NCBI RefSeq assembly: GCF_018977255.1
Contig: NW_024704742.1
Coordinates: 96,722,001 to 96,786,000 of the forward strand
Direction: 5' to 3'
DNA length: 64,000 nucleotides
DNA from: Callorhinchus milii
Taxonomy: Eukaryota
Shown here: positions 14,009-27,920 of the stretch, one piece after another
Numbering within the stretch: the stretch's first letter is position 1
Layout: the number at the start of each line of letters is the position of its first letter
Program-made: the position numbers and the translations under genes
The notes under the pieces: generated by a model
The model's input: the letters and a program-made list of their open reading frames with translations, nothing else
What the model was told of the DNA's origin: nothing
Database searches by the model: none

Positions 14009-14289
14009 CTCATTCCGAAAAAGTATGTTGTAAATTTCTGCATTTAAATATAGACCCCAAAATATAACAAATTATATTCTTTTTTCTTAGTTGAAAAACG
14101 ATTCCAGTTGCTGACTCGATTGTTCATCTTGATCATATGTTTTTTGATCAGGACCCTGAAACTCTTCTGAAATCCTACTTCTTTGATAATGCCGTCAGTT
14201 ATCTTTGCCTTATCCTCTCTTCTACTATGTTCAGTGTCCCACATCCTTCCTGTGAAGCACTCTGACATGTTTCCCTTTGTAAAAGACAC

Positions 14290-14610
14290 CACAGTCTAGA
14301 CTGACACTCCAGTACAATCCTGAAGGAGTGCTGCATTGTTGGAGGTGTTTTTCTTTAGGCGAGGCAGTCTACCAAAGTCCCTTCTGCTGGTTCATTTGAA
14401 CATCAAAGATTCCCCAGCACAATTCAAAAAGAGGAGTTTCTCCCAGTATCCTGCCCAACAATCGCCCAGATATATTGATCTTTCATTTTGTAGTTGTTGT
14501 TTGGTACATTGCTGTGCACAAACTGGCTGCCATGTTCGCCTACGCATATACAGTCACTTCAGTGAAAGGCCCTACATCAAATTTAAGGATTATTCTTATT
14601 ATTGTTATTT
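14290..14610 (+). mobile_element. Deu-domain SINE fragment
   Basis: ctgacactccagtac, tgctgcattgttggaggtg, aaagattccccagcac, tgtgcacaaactggctgcc. Confidence 0.75.
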
Positions 14611-16734
14611 ATTATTTATTATTGATGACCTGCGAAGCACTTTGAGGCATTATAGGCACTGTATCAAATGAAGAAATATTATTATTAATAATAATAATAA
14701 TCAAAGTGCAAGTTGTTGATTTTGAAGGTATGGACTCTAATATCAGCACACTGGATTACTTGGGAACTTTTTATTAATATCACTAATATTAGTACATGTC
14801 CAGATGTAATAATCCAATTTTAAGGGTGGCAAAATATTTGTGCCCTGTTGTGTGCCTTCAGAGCAAGTGGCAGTAATCTCGCACAGACCCAGGGATTCTC
14901 TCTGTCTTCTAATTTTCCCTCATTTTAAGCTACCTGCCTTATCTCCACGTGTCATTCAGCATAATGACCAAATGCAAACAAACCCACACACATGTAAGTA
15001 AGCATTTCCCATACAACTACGCTGATAATCAAATTTGATTTTAAAAGAAATATCTGATTCTAAATAGACACTGGAATAAAAGAGATAAATACGCATTATG
15101 TTTTTTATGCATTTTAATATTTGGAAACAATTCTCCCCTGGTAGCTTTCAACATCATTTTGATAGGTTAATATATTTTTATGTTCGTAAAAAAGAAGCCT
15201 CAGTATGACAGGCAGCACCAAGTGCATCACTAAGCTCAAGTTTATTGAAGCGCTGGCAATCAGATGAATTTAATCCCCAAGCTTTTACACGCCAATAAAT
15301 GTATGATTTTACAATGTCTGACAGACTGAAGCTCAGCTTTTTTTTCCGCTGAAAATTATTTCATTTAGAATATCTAATTTGTGGTATTTCTCAATGTGTT
15401 TCTTTAATAAGGAATCCAATCGTCCAATATGGAGACACCTCATGGTATGATAACTTGAAGTGTACTGTGTTGCCCTAAGGGAGCTCCAATCCACTTAATC
15501 TGTGGCTGTTCTCATATAGGTGCTGTGGTGTTCTCTGAGATGCTACCCTGCATGAGGGGCGCTATATAAATGCAAGTTGTTGTTGTTGTTAGCGCCTTGG
15601 GACGTCCTCCGACATGTAATATTTTTTGTTTTGTTTGTTTGTTTGTTGTAATCTGCTTGCAGAAGTGAGTTCTCGCACATTGAATTCTAGCAGAATTCCT
15701 TCTTAAAATCTCAGTCTAGGAATTACCACAGTTTACATCCCCCCGTGACACTGTTTTATTTTCCTTGTTCAAGTGAAAAATTGCATCTCTCCTCTGTTGC
15801 CGGTGAAGATCTGAGGTTAGTGCTTGTCAATCGCTGACCTCTAAAACCCTTCCTAAATCCGAACTGATCTGAAGTAAACCATTTGAGACCACTTTGGATT
15901 GATGGGAATGTGCTCAGTTCCAGTCAGCACAGACTTGGATGCAGATTGTGTCTGTTGTCATATAGGTGCCGTGAGACATGTTATGACAAATGGCACCCAA
16001 AGCTGCCAATAAAACTCAGTGAAAAGTTTCATTTGAATCCAACTTCTACAATATTAGTTTTGTATTGACATAGATCATTTCAAGATTTTGTATGAGATCA
16101 GTTTTATAGAGTTTTAAATTGTAAGGATGCAAGATTACTTTCTTTATCATGTTCAACGATAATGTAACAATAAAAAAATTATTGTTTTATGATGATCCAA
16201 AAAATAATATCGGGAAGAGTGACAGCATTATCTGTAGTGATGCTGTTTAACATTGTATTTCATAACAAAATGTTTTTCATCCATAAGGTGAAAGTTTCCT
16301 TTGTTTTTTTTATGAGGACAAAAGAAAAATAAGAAAATCCATCCAGTGTTCAATAAACGCAGTTTTAGAAAAGGAATTGGAACATGCATTGAAATTTTAA
16401 TATGCTAAAAAAGACTTTTCTTTTGTTTGAAGTTTACATTGTCATTTACTTCACGGTTGATTGTGAGACATTGCTGTGTGCAATTGGGCTGCTGCTGCGT
16501 ATCAACACGCAGTACACATATACCTCACAGTAAAGCAAGTGAAGCGCAGTGTTTTTTTTGGTCAGCCGGGTGTCTGACACATAGGAAAGTCATCATCATG
16601 CTTAAGATTATCCAAACCAAACAGAGTTCCGTGCATTCCACCTATACATGGAAATTCCAGATTTGTTTATTGGAATGGAATGTGCACTCTTTCCTTGGAG
16701 AGATATATCCTGCTAACCTAATTCCAAAAAGTAT

Positions 16735-17340
16735 TACAACAACAACTTGCATTTATATAGCGTCCTTCACACGGGTAGCATCCCAGAGCCCTTGACAGTG
16801 GCGTAAGCACAATCAAAAAGGAAGGTCTTTAGGCAGGAGTTGAAGGTGGGGAGGGAGGGGCCAAGGCAGAGGGATTGAGGGAGAGAGTTCCAGCATTTCG
16901 GGGCATAGTGGCATAAGACACGGCGGTACACTGGTAGCCAATGGAGCCTGGCAAGGACTGGTGTGATAGGGATATGGAGATTGGTGTGGGTGAGTATCCG
17001 GGTGGCGGAGTGTTGAATTAATTGTATTTTGTCTATGATGGAGCTGAGGAGACCAGCGAGGAGGGCATTGAAATAGTCAAGCCGGGAAATGACGAAGTCG
17101 TGGATAAGGGTTTCGGTTGTTTTGGTTGTAAGATTTCAGTCTTGGAAGGGTTCTGGGACTTTACCCCGCGTGAAGGGTATATAAATGCAAGTTGTTGTTG
17201 TTAAGGTAGAGATGGAGGCGGGCAATGTGGCGGAGGTGGAGAAAAGCGATACTGGTCAGAGAACGGATGTCTGGTAGAAAGGAAAGCTGGGGATCGAACC
17301 TGACACCTAAGTTGCGCATGGGTTTGGAGAGTCACCCACA
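16735..17340 (-). mobile_element. L2 fragment with a nested opposite-strand L2 tail (~17150-17202)
   Basis: Tail at 16735; SRLDYFNALL remnant; plus-strand ccccgcgtgaagggtatataaatgcaagttgttgttg inside it. Confidence 0.85.
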
Positions 17341-18069
17341 AAATGCACAGTCATTACACTACAATATACCATGTGAAGCTCTTTGAGATGTCCTCCTGAT
17401 GTGAAAGATACTGCACCGAAGGTAAGGAGTATTATTATTTAATGACTTTGAAAGATGTTTTCACAGCACATTCACAAACTTACTTCTGACATTGTACTCT
17501 AGGTTTCCTATCCATGTCAGTAGACAAGTCTGCTGAGCATCATGCTGCTGTTTCCAGATGTCACTGGATCATAGGAATCATTATCGTCGCTAAGCATCTC
17601 ACCCTTATTGTGTCTCCATGAGATGTGACACTGCACCATTCAGTCAATGTCACATGCTCATTGATCCACCACCACTTATGCTACATGTTTTATAAAAAGG
17701 ATAGATGATAGTTAGTGTGGTAGATCTGACATACAGGTATTGATTTACTAATGCAATTATTTGAAGTAATCTGTAAAATGTCTGACCTTGCATTATAAGT
17801 GAACTTAGTCAATCTAATTATCTAGAATTATATGTTCTCACCTTGAAATGCCTCCACAGCCTTGCTGACCTTATCTCTACAATCTCCTGTGATCCACTTG
17901 CCTGTCTGCTGCCTCCTCTCCAACTCAGGACTGCTTCAATGTAAGGAATATTATTATTGTTAAAACACGTTTAGACATTCTCCTACATAACATATACTAT
18001 AAAATATGAAGAATGCATTTCTGCTTCCTGGTTCATTCATCGACGTTTTTACCTCACAAGATCACCCAA

Positions 18070-18310
18070 TCACACAAGAACACAAGATTGGTTTGGATAA
18101 AGAAGGTCCTACGGCCCATCTGGTCTCATCACTCAAGAACTCCCACTCTACTGTCCTTCCATTTCATCACCAAGGTGCATTTTTAAACATGTCCAGTGTC
18201 CTTGCTTCAACCACCCTTTCTACAACCTGTTCCAACTGTTAAGTACCTTCTAGGTAAAGAATACTTCAATATGTCTGTAAGAAGTTGCCCTTTGCAACTT
18301 ATCCTCTTGT
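18070..18310 (-). mobile_element. Decayed CR1 3' end
   Basis: Reverse complement gives ttggaacaggttg...gtggttgaagca...tttaaaa and gatgggccgtaggaccttc. Confidence 0.65.
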
Positions 18311-21300
18311 TCTATTGTCTTGCTGCATCTGACAGTATTGTCCTGGGTTCAATTGTCTTTGCCTGTAGTTTTGCAGTTGCTGCTAGTGGTGTAACATGAC
18401 CCACAATTCTGTTGTCTGAGGCCCCAAATTTCTCATTTCTCTCTGCCCACATTGGAACTCCATCCCACATTCCCCTGATTCCTTCAAGGCACGTCTCATT
18501 ACCTTCCTCTTCGACCGTGCCTTCAGCCACCCTGCTACCCTCTACCCTTCCTGATCCCAACCTCTTTATATACAGTATTTGGAAGTCGTGTTATTCTCCT
18601 CCAGCAAATCACCTTGTTCACGTCAAGGGATACTATTGCAATATTGTATTTGGATATCTTATTTATTTTATTTAGTGTGAAATTTGTCCTCCTGGAAAGA
18701 ACAAATAAGGTTACATGGAATTTGTACCAAATCATGCCAACATTTCCATCTATTTCCACCTCACTTTTTGGTGACTAATTTCAGATCAGATGAAAGCAAC
18801 ATGTCTTCATTATAAAGCTGATTGAACTATTGATCAAAAGGCTGGAGAAACGTCTTACCATTTCTGTGTAGGCCTGGATGTATGGAAAAACTACTCCTTC
18901 TATGTTCCTCATCAAAAGTATACCTCCAATATCAAAAGAGTGCAATATATTACATCAGGTTGATACCTCTATTTGCATACATGCTTCCTTATTTCTCCCT
19001 GAATGCCAATTAGTGCTGAATTATCGTAGCTCCATGCTGTAGACTCTTGTCCATTGGGAACTGCATCAAGACAGCCTGAATTCATTGAATAATACCTATA
19101 ACAGCCATCACATCAAAATGCACAGTTTATGCTAAAGTTTAAACTTCCACTATTCTACGGTGTCTTTTTAAAATAAGTATGTTGATGTCATGTAAGAATA
19201 TATTGTCTGGTATCAGAAATTCCAAGGTTTTATTATACTGTAAATGTTTCTTTTAAAGTGATTATTCTAAATGTTGAATGGATGAAATGCATCTAAATTG
19301 GTAATAAATACACTGAGATGAGGAGCAGGTATCCAATAATGTACTGCAGGCTTCAACAGAGACCTATTTATGGATCTGACAGTATTTCACATTGAGGCAG
19401 GGAAATACGTAATTAACATGAAAAGGGAATATTTATGTTCAGCACTTACAACCTCATTGCAATATAACACCAGCAAATCAGTGCTTAATTAGTGTGAGCA
19501 TAAGTTTAATTGCTTCTAGGCAAACATTTACAGATCATATGAAGTAATTTCATGCATTACTAACATTTTAAATATCTACACCGTATATCATTCTTGCAGA
19601 CTTTGAACAGCCCAGAAAAGTCATCTGGATGTGCATAGAATACCATAGATACCAACCCCACTGTCATCTGGTGTACTGAATTTAAGATTACTATAACTGG
19701 GGAATCTCCACCAATAGCCTAGTAGTGAAGACACTGGGGTATACATAGCAGAAGGTTTGCAGATTCAAATCTTGGTCTGTGTTGGGACTCTATGATTGCC
19801 TACAGAGAATCTCCTCACTCCTCATGAGAGCCACCTCAAACTTCTCATGAGTTTTGCCATTTCAAATATTCCTGTAGCAGCGACAAATAATGCAAATCAA
19901 CCTTGGGTCAAAGTAGAAAATATTACAACAAAGGTATATTCAAGTGGCAAGCTATGCGGTTTTAGATGGTTAAACTCCAACAGTACCCCATTGCAGACCC
20001 TCAAATTTGCTGTCTGCAATAGCAGTACACCAACTGAGCCAAATTGATACCTAAATATATGCACATGGCTACTTGAATGAAGAGCTGAGAAGCATATCTA
20101 TGGAAGGGAATAGGCTGCAGGACATAAAGTTCCATATTGGCAATATTCTATGATGGAAGCCAGAGAGAAGAGATCCCAAGACGTTCAGCAAACCTAGAGC
20201 TGAACTCCATATTTTGAAAGAGAAACAGTTTAGCACTGATGCTAAAAATATCAAATCAGGCCCATTAAGGCAGCAGTTAGGAATGGCTTAAAAACAGTGG
20301 ATAAATTCTGGAAAACGATTCACAATATTACTATGATTAGCCTCTAAAAAGGATTGGTGTTCCTTGTGCTGATGAATGTCTGGTGTTCACATGAAAAGAC
20401 TTTTCAACCTCACATCAAATTTAACGGCTGCTAAAAATAAACAGGCAGAATACTGTTTGCTAAAAGTCTTTTTATTTGGTGCTCTGGTAAAAGGCCAGTG
20501 AGCAAAATCCTGTATTTTCAGACTTTGCTGGCTTGGGCCTTATAGCTTGTAGATATTGTCATGAATCTCTCAAAGTAAACATTGCGATTGTTGACCCCAG
20601 TCCAATTTGCGAATATCCCGTTTGTGACCCCACTGTAACAGAAAAATAAACACTAGGTCATATGCTAAGGATACTGGTCTCAATGTACAGATATACTGAA
20701 TATATATTAAATGATCCTAGATATGTCAAATTTAGACACTCCCCCCCCCTACACTCGCATGTCATTCTCAATGAAGCAGATTCACAGGAATGTGCTTTCG
20801 ATTAACCCTAACCCAAGCATTCAGCTGATGGTTGGCAGGACCCCAGCTTTATTTATCCCATAAATAAAAACCTCAGAGCAGCCAGTATCCAGCTAATTGG
20901 CATTCAAGTACAAGTGGAAGTACAATGTGGAAGACCCAGTTTCGCATTTATTGAAAAGTGGAATGTTCAATGTGATAAATAATATATATGGGACTAAATT
21001 GTCCCAAATATCTGCTTTGGCTGAAGCCATAAAATTAAGAACATCTAAGACTAATAGCACTGAAACATTGACGAAAGTAACGAATGGGAGGTAAGCTGAT
21101 CGGAGTCAAGAAGGAAGAGGTGAAAGCTGAACATAATGATAGTAAATAATAATCCATGCGTTTGACATGGCACCTTTTCATGTCATCAACATATCTCAAA
21201 TTGCTAAACTGGATTTACAATAGTAATAATAATAATCCTTGCATTTGATATTGTGCCTTATCATATTTTAGGCACACCCCAAAGTGGTACACAGAATTTA

Positions 21301-23094
21301 CTGTGGAATGTATTAATTGTGATTTTATAAGCAAACATTCCAGATTATAACTGTAAGGCAGGAAACAAAATCTAGACAAGTTATCCAATTTTTCTGTCAC
21401 CTGATAGACCACCTGTGTATTTGCTCTTGAACCACAGATGGTACAGCCTATTGGGTTGTATTTCAGAATGAATGGGAGCAAGATTTCACCGAATATCATA
21501 CATAATGCTCTGCTCTGTGGAGGTTGGTGACAACGCAAATCGATTAAAGTAAATAACAGATGGTGACAATATTGCTCGGCTAAATTTATTGAATTTATCT
21601 ATTAATTAAGTATCCAGCTGTCTGACCCATATCATTTATTCATTTTAAAAATAGGACTTGAAAGAAATAAACAAGAGTCAAACCACCAAATCCTTTCAGT
21701 TCACTATAAGGCCAAAAAGCAAATGCAACAAAAGAAATGGTTATAACTCAAATGTTCTGATTCATAGTGTCTTGTAACCTTTGGCAAGGTAACCCTGAAT
21801 GTGATAACTTCCAGCCAGCTGGAACAAGTCCATCCCACATAGGGAGTGCAATATACGCACTGCCAGAGTTATCTTTTCTCAGCCGTCCCTTATTGATAGA
21901 CATGTGGTAAAACAGAAGATGGAGATTTATAAAGATGGCAGAGCAAATGTGAAACGGCCAAGGATCAGACTTGAAATGATCAACACCAGCATTATGAATG
22001 CACTTTGGGATGTCTTCCCAACATGAAAGGCATGATATAAATATAATTATATTGTGCTGTATCATTATCTGTTTGTCTTAATGCTGAGCCATATGGTGTT
22101 TTAATCCCCAGGCCCTTTAGCTTCAATATACCATCACTAGTAGTATTTTGCTGTTTGAGTTAGCACTACGCATTGCTATTTGTGTTCCTATTTCAATGTT
22201 GGATATTTAAATTAATAATTTGGTATTAACTGGCACTTTTTGCTATTACAATAGCAAGAAATGGTCATCCAGGGCACAGTTAACAGCTGTTATAGGAAGG
22301 ACTGGAAAACCAGAGTTTGGATTGTGATAGAGAGGAATGAGCATAAAGAGGACATAAAAGTTCCCATTGTGACAGAAAAACATTTTTTTTTGATAAGCTA
22401 GATATCTGTCACACCCATCAATGTATTACAAATCTACAAACTTGTGGGTTGAAATTCCATGCACTGAACAGTAAATGTGAATTTACAATGGTCATGTCAT
22501 TTGGAGTGTAATACAATGGGCAGGGAGGAAAAAAATTCCACCTGGACCTAGATTTATTCTATTTTCTTAGCATTATATAGCATCTAGAATTTGGGAAATT
22601 CTTAAATACAGTCATAGCTTGAAGCCAAGTAGGTTCTTTTTAAGAGCTGGAATTGAGTGCTCCACCCCTTGCTGTCCCAGCATTTGGCATGCTCTCTGAG
22701 ATACTTTGATCTGGTGGCACTGTTGGTCCTTGATGTCGTGTTTGATGCAGTGTTTGACTGTTTTGCAGGGCCGGGAGCTTTTCCAGAAAGAAGGATATCA
22801 CCTCTATCCTTCCCTTTGACCTCTTCCTATCCTTCCTCTAACTCCTCCTCCATCCAAATCAAAGATCTCACTCAAGCTCAAAATGGTGGCCTGGCCGTTG
22901 GCTAGGCTGGGTTGCAGGACCAGTCTGGGTGGTGATGTGGAGCCTGCAAGAAACTAGTGAAAAATACACCTGCAAGCTTCATAACAACACTAGATGTTCC
23001 TTATTGAAGTGATAATGAAGACCAGGAACAGTTATCCAGGTATCCATGTATGGATAACTGGTGCTGGCAGGATCCCTTCAACCCCAAACTCCTT

Positions 23095-23290
23095 ACCATA
23101 ATCCTTGCATTTCATATAGCGCCTTATCACTTCATTGAGACCTCTCAAAGTGCTTCACAGAATATACTGTAAAGTGAATTGACTGTATATTTTGTGGGCG
23201 ACACGCGGCAGCCAATTGCGCACAGCAGTGTCCCACAACAGTCGGGGATTGAGTGACCAAATTATTATTATTTTTCTTTGAAAGGATTGT
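23095..23290 (-). mobile_element. SINE2-1_CM-like 3' half
   Basis: aatccttgcatttcatatagcgcc...gcagccaattgcgcacagcagtgtcccaca. Confidence 0.85.
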
Positions 23291-24654
23291 TACCCCTGGA
23301 AAGCAATCCGGTAATCAAATAAAAAATGGTTCCTACCTTGGCTTAAGGAATGTCTCCATCGCTCTTGAGGCTGGAGTAAGATAGGGCCCACTACTTGTCC
23401 CCTGCACTGGGGGTTGCTACCATACAATGTCTCCATATCTCAGAATATTCCATCTTGAATGTGTATTACTCCAACTGTGGTTGCGCCAGCAACCCAAAAG
23501 AGCTGGACAGAGAAATCCATCATAAAAAATCAGAGGAAGCAGTTTCTCCTGGTGTCCTTTCCAATATTCTCCCAAATAAAAGTGTTGATTCATTTCATGG
23601 ATATTTGTGGAGCATTGCTGTGCTGAAAATTAGCTATCACATTCACCTACAAAATGACAGGCACTACACTTTACAATAAAAACCATGAAGCACTTTGACA
23701 CATCTTCACACATGAAAGGCTTTATATTTAATACAAGGGTTATTTATGTAAAACATTTGTTTTTACAATATGCCCACTCAATGAACACTGACCATGCACA
23801 TGTTCTCCTCCTTGTTACATGTTAATCCAACATCATGTTAATGTAGCAATAAATCACCGTTTGATAAATAACAAGCAATTATCAAACTTACACATATGCC
23901 AACGCCACAGGTACTTGGAAATTAAGGTCAAATGGGAAGATGTATATGGCTGTTTTAATGTTGTTAAAATACTCTGGTGAAGCTTTACAAGATAATAACA
24001 ACTAGAATGATTCCAAACTGTCAAAACTGGATTACTATGGGATTGATATTATATCCGTGGATTTCAAGGATTAAGTTGTTCAGCAAAAGTGAAGAGCAAC
24101 CATCTTGTTTCCAACAAGAACAACACAGTTTCTTTAATAACCTTCAGCTGTACTTATGAGCAAAGTGAATAGAGCACGTTTCCCATTACCTGTCAAGCCT
24201 GTGCAGACAGTTATTTTCCCCTACAGTAATAGCAGGCTGCTGTTGAACAGGGTAATAAACACCTACTGAGTGGGATGTAGCGTGAAAAGATCTCATCACC
24301 TGCCATTAACACGCTAGTGAATAATTCAGCAAGGGCTCGTATCTGTCAGGGATGCTCACGTATAACCAGTCTGCTGTGTGCAGCCCTGTGCGGTGCAGAG
24401 CGGAGACAGAGATCCAAATGACAAATTGGTGGCTGGGTGCTGCGAGTTTCAGTGATGGAGCAGGTGTGTTTACCTCGGGATGACAGGCTCTACCATACGG
24501 ATTCACTCTGATAAAAATGCTAATGTGTAATAGCTCACAATAAAGCAATTCAACAAAGCTTGTGTGAAGTCATTAAATGATCTACACACAGGTCATTGCG
24601 CTGAATAAGTGAATATATCTGCATATTTCTTCACATATAGGATGCTTTCTCTAT

Positions 24655-24826
24655 AGGCTAGTGGTCAAAGGCATCACCCAATGCAGCACTAAAACTATAG
24701 GTTTGAATGCTGGTCTGTGTTGAGCTAGTTAATCTCAAAAGGGACACCATTTGGGTGCTACAATATGGCCTCAGTTCCCCTGGTTAATGGAGGGAAAAAT
24801 CAGCCAGTGTTCCCACTCCTGATCAT
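24655..24826 (+). mobile_element. LF-SINE-like fragment
   Basis: ggtctgtgttgagctagttaatctc...gggtgctacaatatggcctcagttcccctgg...gggaaaaatcagccagtgttcccactcctgatc matches the LF-SINE core as recalled. Confidence 0.65.
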
Positions 24827-25849
24827 AGAAACATAGAAATTTCCCACACATGGATAAATGCAGGCACCAGCCAATTTTTGTTACCATGAAGCGTTTCTTC
24901 TTGCTGTCTGTGAAGCAAGGGTTTGTATAAGCTGTCACCTGCTCATGTCACTGTCACTGCAAAGACAGCTCCATCCGCCTCTGAAACTGTATATAATAGG
25001 TTCACTTATGTATAATGGTTATTTTTAAAATAGCCCCTATTAAGAATCATCTGGCTGTCAAGCGGCCGTTGTCTGACTTCAACAGTTAGAATTTACTTGT
25101 AAAGGTGACACAGACAGGGCCTGTCAAACTCTGAACAGTGTTTTTTTTCAGGAAGAATTGCTAATCATCATCATTTAACCACTAACAGCTATAGAAGGTC
25201 AGTACTTAGGGGATGGCCATTTATTAGTTGTACAATAATGGATAAATTGACCCAAATCATGTATCTCTGTAACTGGAATTTAAATGGTTAGTCACTTAGA
25301 GAAGCATTCGGGCTGCTTCCCTTTATTCCACTTGCGAGAATTGATGTGTAGCGCATCAATGGTGTAACTCTGTGGTCTCGCTAGTCCCATTTCAGATCAC
25401 TACATATAGATTAGGGCACTCTGATTCAAAGAACATAAGAATGTAAACAGATAAAGGTAGGAGTAGACACCACTGCACCTCCAAGAGACAGTGCAGACTT
25501 GATGGGCCGAATGGCCTCCTTCTGTGCTGCAAATTTCTGTGATTTCATGATTGAGCCCTTGCCACCATTTAACTAGCTCAATTGCAGGTCTGGTTGATCT
25601 GAAAAAAAGGGAACACCTAACATACACAAAGGGTAAGTTTCTGCAGGTCCCTGTGGTGATGTGGTGATGTGGCAACGTTATTACACGATTAAAAATACAG
25701 AACAGGAACACGAAGGAAATACTTAGAAATGTATTCCACAATGAAATAACATTGGCAGCTCCTTCACACATGTCCACTTCATTCATGTGATCACAAAATC
25801 CCAACATTGGCCTGGATGAAGAAGGCCATTTGGCCCATCTGATCTGACT

Positions 25850-26156
25850 ATGGAGGCCCTTAGTGTAGTGGTTAACGCACTTAGGCAGGTTTTCTTTACT
25901 CCATATGTCTGTGTTTACCTAGCAGTAAATAGGAAACCGGTTGTTAATCGATCGGCAAACCACTTTCCTGGGGTAATAAACCCTCCCCCCCAAACAAATG
26001 TGATCACTTTTCATGGGACACTGCCGTGTGCAATTGGTTGCTGCAATTGCTTGTAAAATACATAGTCAATCAACTTTACAATATATTTTGTGAAACACTT
26101 TGAGACGTCTTAACAGCGTGGTAATGGTTTATATCAAACACAAGGAGTATTATTAT
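25850..26156 (+). mobile_element. SINE2-1_CM-like SINE (diverged)
   Basis: Head tggaggcccttagtgtagtggtt; ctgtgtttacctagcagtaaataggaa; tail with tatt repeats. Confidence 0.8.
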
Positions 26157-27397
26157 ACCTTCAAAACACCCCACTTACTGCCCCACCACCCAACACCACC
26201 CCCACCTCAACACCCATAAGCCCTTTATTGAATCTCAACAAACCAAAGCAGAAATTCATCCCTTGGATGATAAAAGTATCCTATTTCAGCATTGAAATCT
26301 CTAAGATAATAATAATAATCTGAAACATGTATTTTTATCAGTGTAGTGCCACAAATCTTTATTAGTAAATTTGTCAATGATGCGCATGGTGAAAATATCT
26401 TTTCTCTAGTGTTTGCACACCACCCACAGCAAAATTGTGAACGTTTTATTATTTTGAATCGGATGCTCAAATAGTACTGTCGTCTTTGAAGTCTTAGCCT
26501 GGAGTTCTTCACAAGTTCAACTCTTTACTGCTTGTGCAAATGTCAAGGACATTTCTGTTTGCCGCCCTGCGCAGGAGCTACCTCCAAGGCATCATAAACA
26601 CACTTGATCCTTTCAAGGATTAATTCAGTTTAATTCTGCACAGTATTAAGAAACAAAATGGGAAAACGATCTTAACAGGGATGAAATGAAGCTTACCAAC
26701 CAAATCAGCCAAGATGCTGCCTAGGGGTACTGTTAACATTCTCCAGTGAGTGCCAGTATTGCTCCAGCCTTCAGTGAAACAGAAAAGCCTTGATTGACAT
26801 CATTTGGCATGACTTTACATACTAAGAATCAGCAGAGCTGCCAAAATCACTGAATTATCGAGAGCGAAATTTCATGAGCACAATGCATGAAAGACATGAA
26901 AAACCCATTTAAGTATTCACAGCTCTGCTTATATTCAGTCACAGACACATAAAAAGGGTAGATTTTTTCCCAACCAAAATTGAAATGAGTGAGACTTGAC
27001 AGGTCTGATTCAGGCTTTCTAAATCAATGTAAACATAAATAAAGAATTGTCAGCGTTAATATATTTTCTTCATACTCTGCTATAACTGACACTGCACCGA
27101 TGCATTGTTTCATTTCTAGTTTGTATGATGATTACGCTCCCCCATTTGCAGCCCTGGCTTCTGATGTCTTGTCACATTGCACTGCCCTCTTCAGCCTGGA
27201 AAGTGAAAGCAAAGGGTCTGGGGGTGTGGCTCTTGCTAAAGCTGGTCTGAAGGATGGTGCCTTCAATGGAACAGAGCCAATCCAGACTGTCGAGAGGGTT
27301 GAAAATGACTGTGGCAATGATAATCCATGTCAATTGATCACCATTATCAAACAGCAGAGGACCAAGGATGTTCAGCAGTACTTTACAATCGTTAGGT

Positions 27398-27920
27398 GGC
27401 AGCCTGTCTCAGTTGGTGCACTCTCGCCTCTGATTTAGAAGGTTATGGGTTAGGGTTTTGAACTCACATAGTTCAAATGTGTCGAGGGGTACGGAGGAAA
27501 AACAACTTAAATGGACTGAAAGAATTTCTCTTTAAAAGAAACAGCACAAACACGATGGCCTTCATCTGTGATCTAAATGTCTATGGTTCTATGTGATATT
27601 GGCGGTCCAAGGCATTGTTGGAGATGCCATCCTTCAGGTGACCTTTTCAGGTCAGACCTGTTCAAGTGGTGTTAAAGATCCCATGGCATGATTTGAAAAC
27701 GGAAGGGAGTTTTTCCTGGTGTCCCAGTCAACAATTCCCCAGATTAAAAAATGGACATTAACTTCATGACTGTTTGTGGGACGATGCTGTGCACAGATTG
27801 GCTGCCGCATTCACCTACAAAATACACAGTCACTACACATTAGAGTACATGCTGTGAAGAGCTTTGAGATATCTCCTGATGTGAAAGGTGCTATAACAAA
27901 AGCCAAAATTATTATTATTA
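27398..27920 (+). mobile_element. Deu-domain SINE with a CR1 tail inserted (~27480-27592)
   Basis: gcactctcgcctctga head; gttaaagatcccatggca core; tgtgaaaggtgctata tail. Confidence 0.8.

Noticed and set aside
19796..20260. Apparent L1 YLGINL motif on the minus strand
   Set aside because: The adjacent sequence aligns better to the unnamed family at 11.4 and 36.2 kb, so the motif is probably chance.
22657..22950. GC-richer segment with a minus-strand acceptor, possibly an exon or Harbinger relic
   Set aside because: Frames close early and there is no diagnostic motif.
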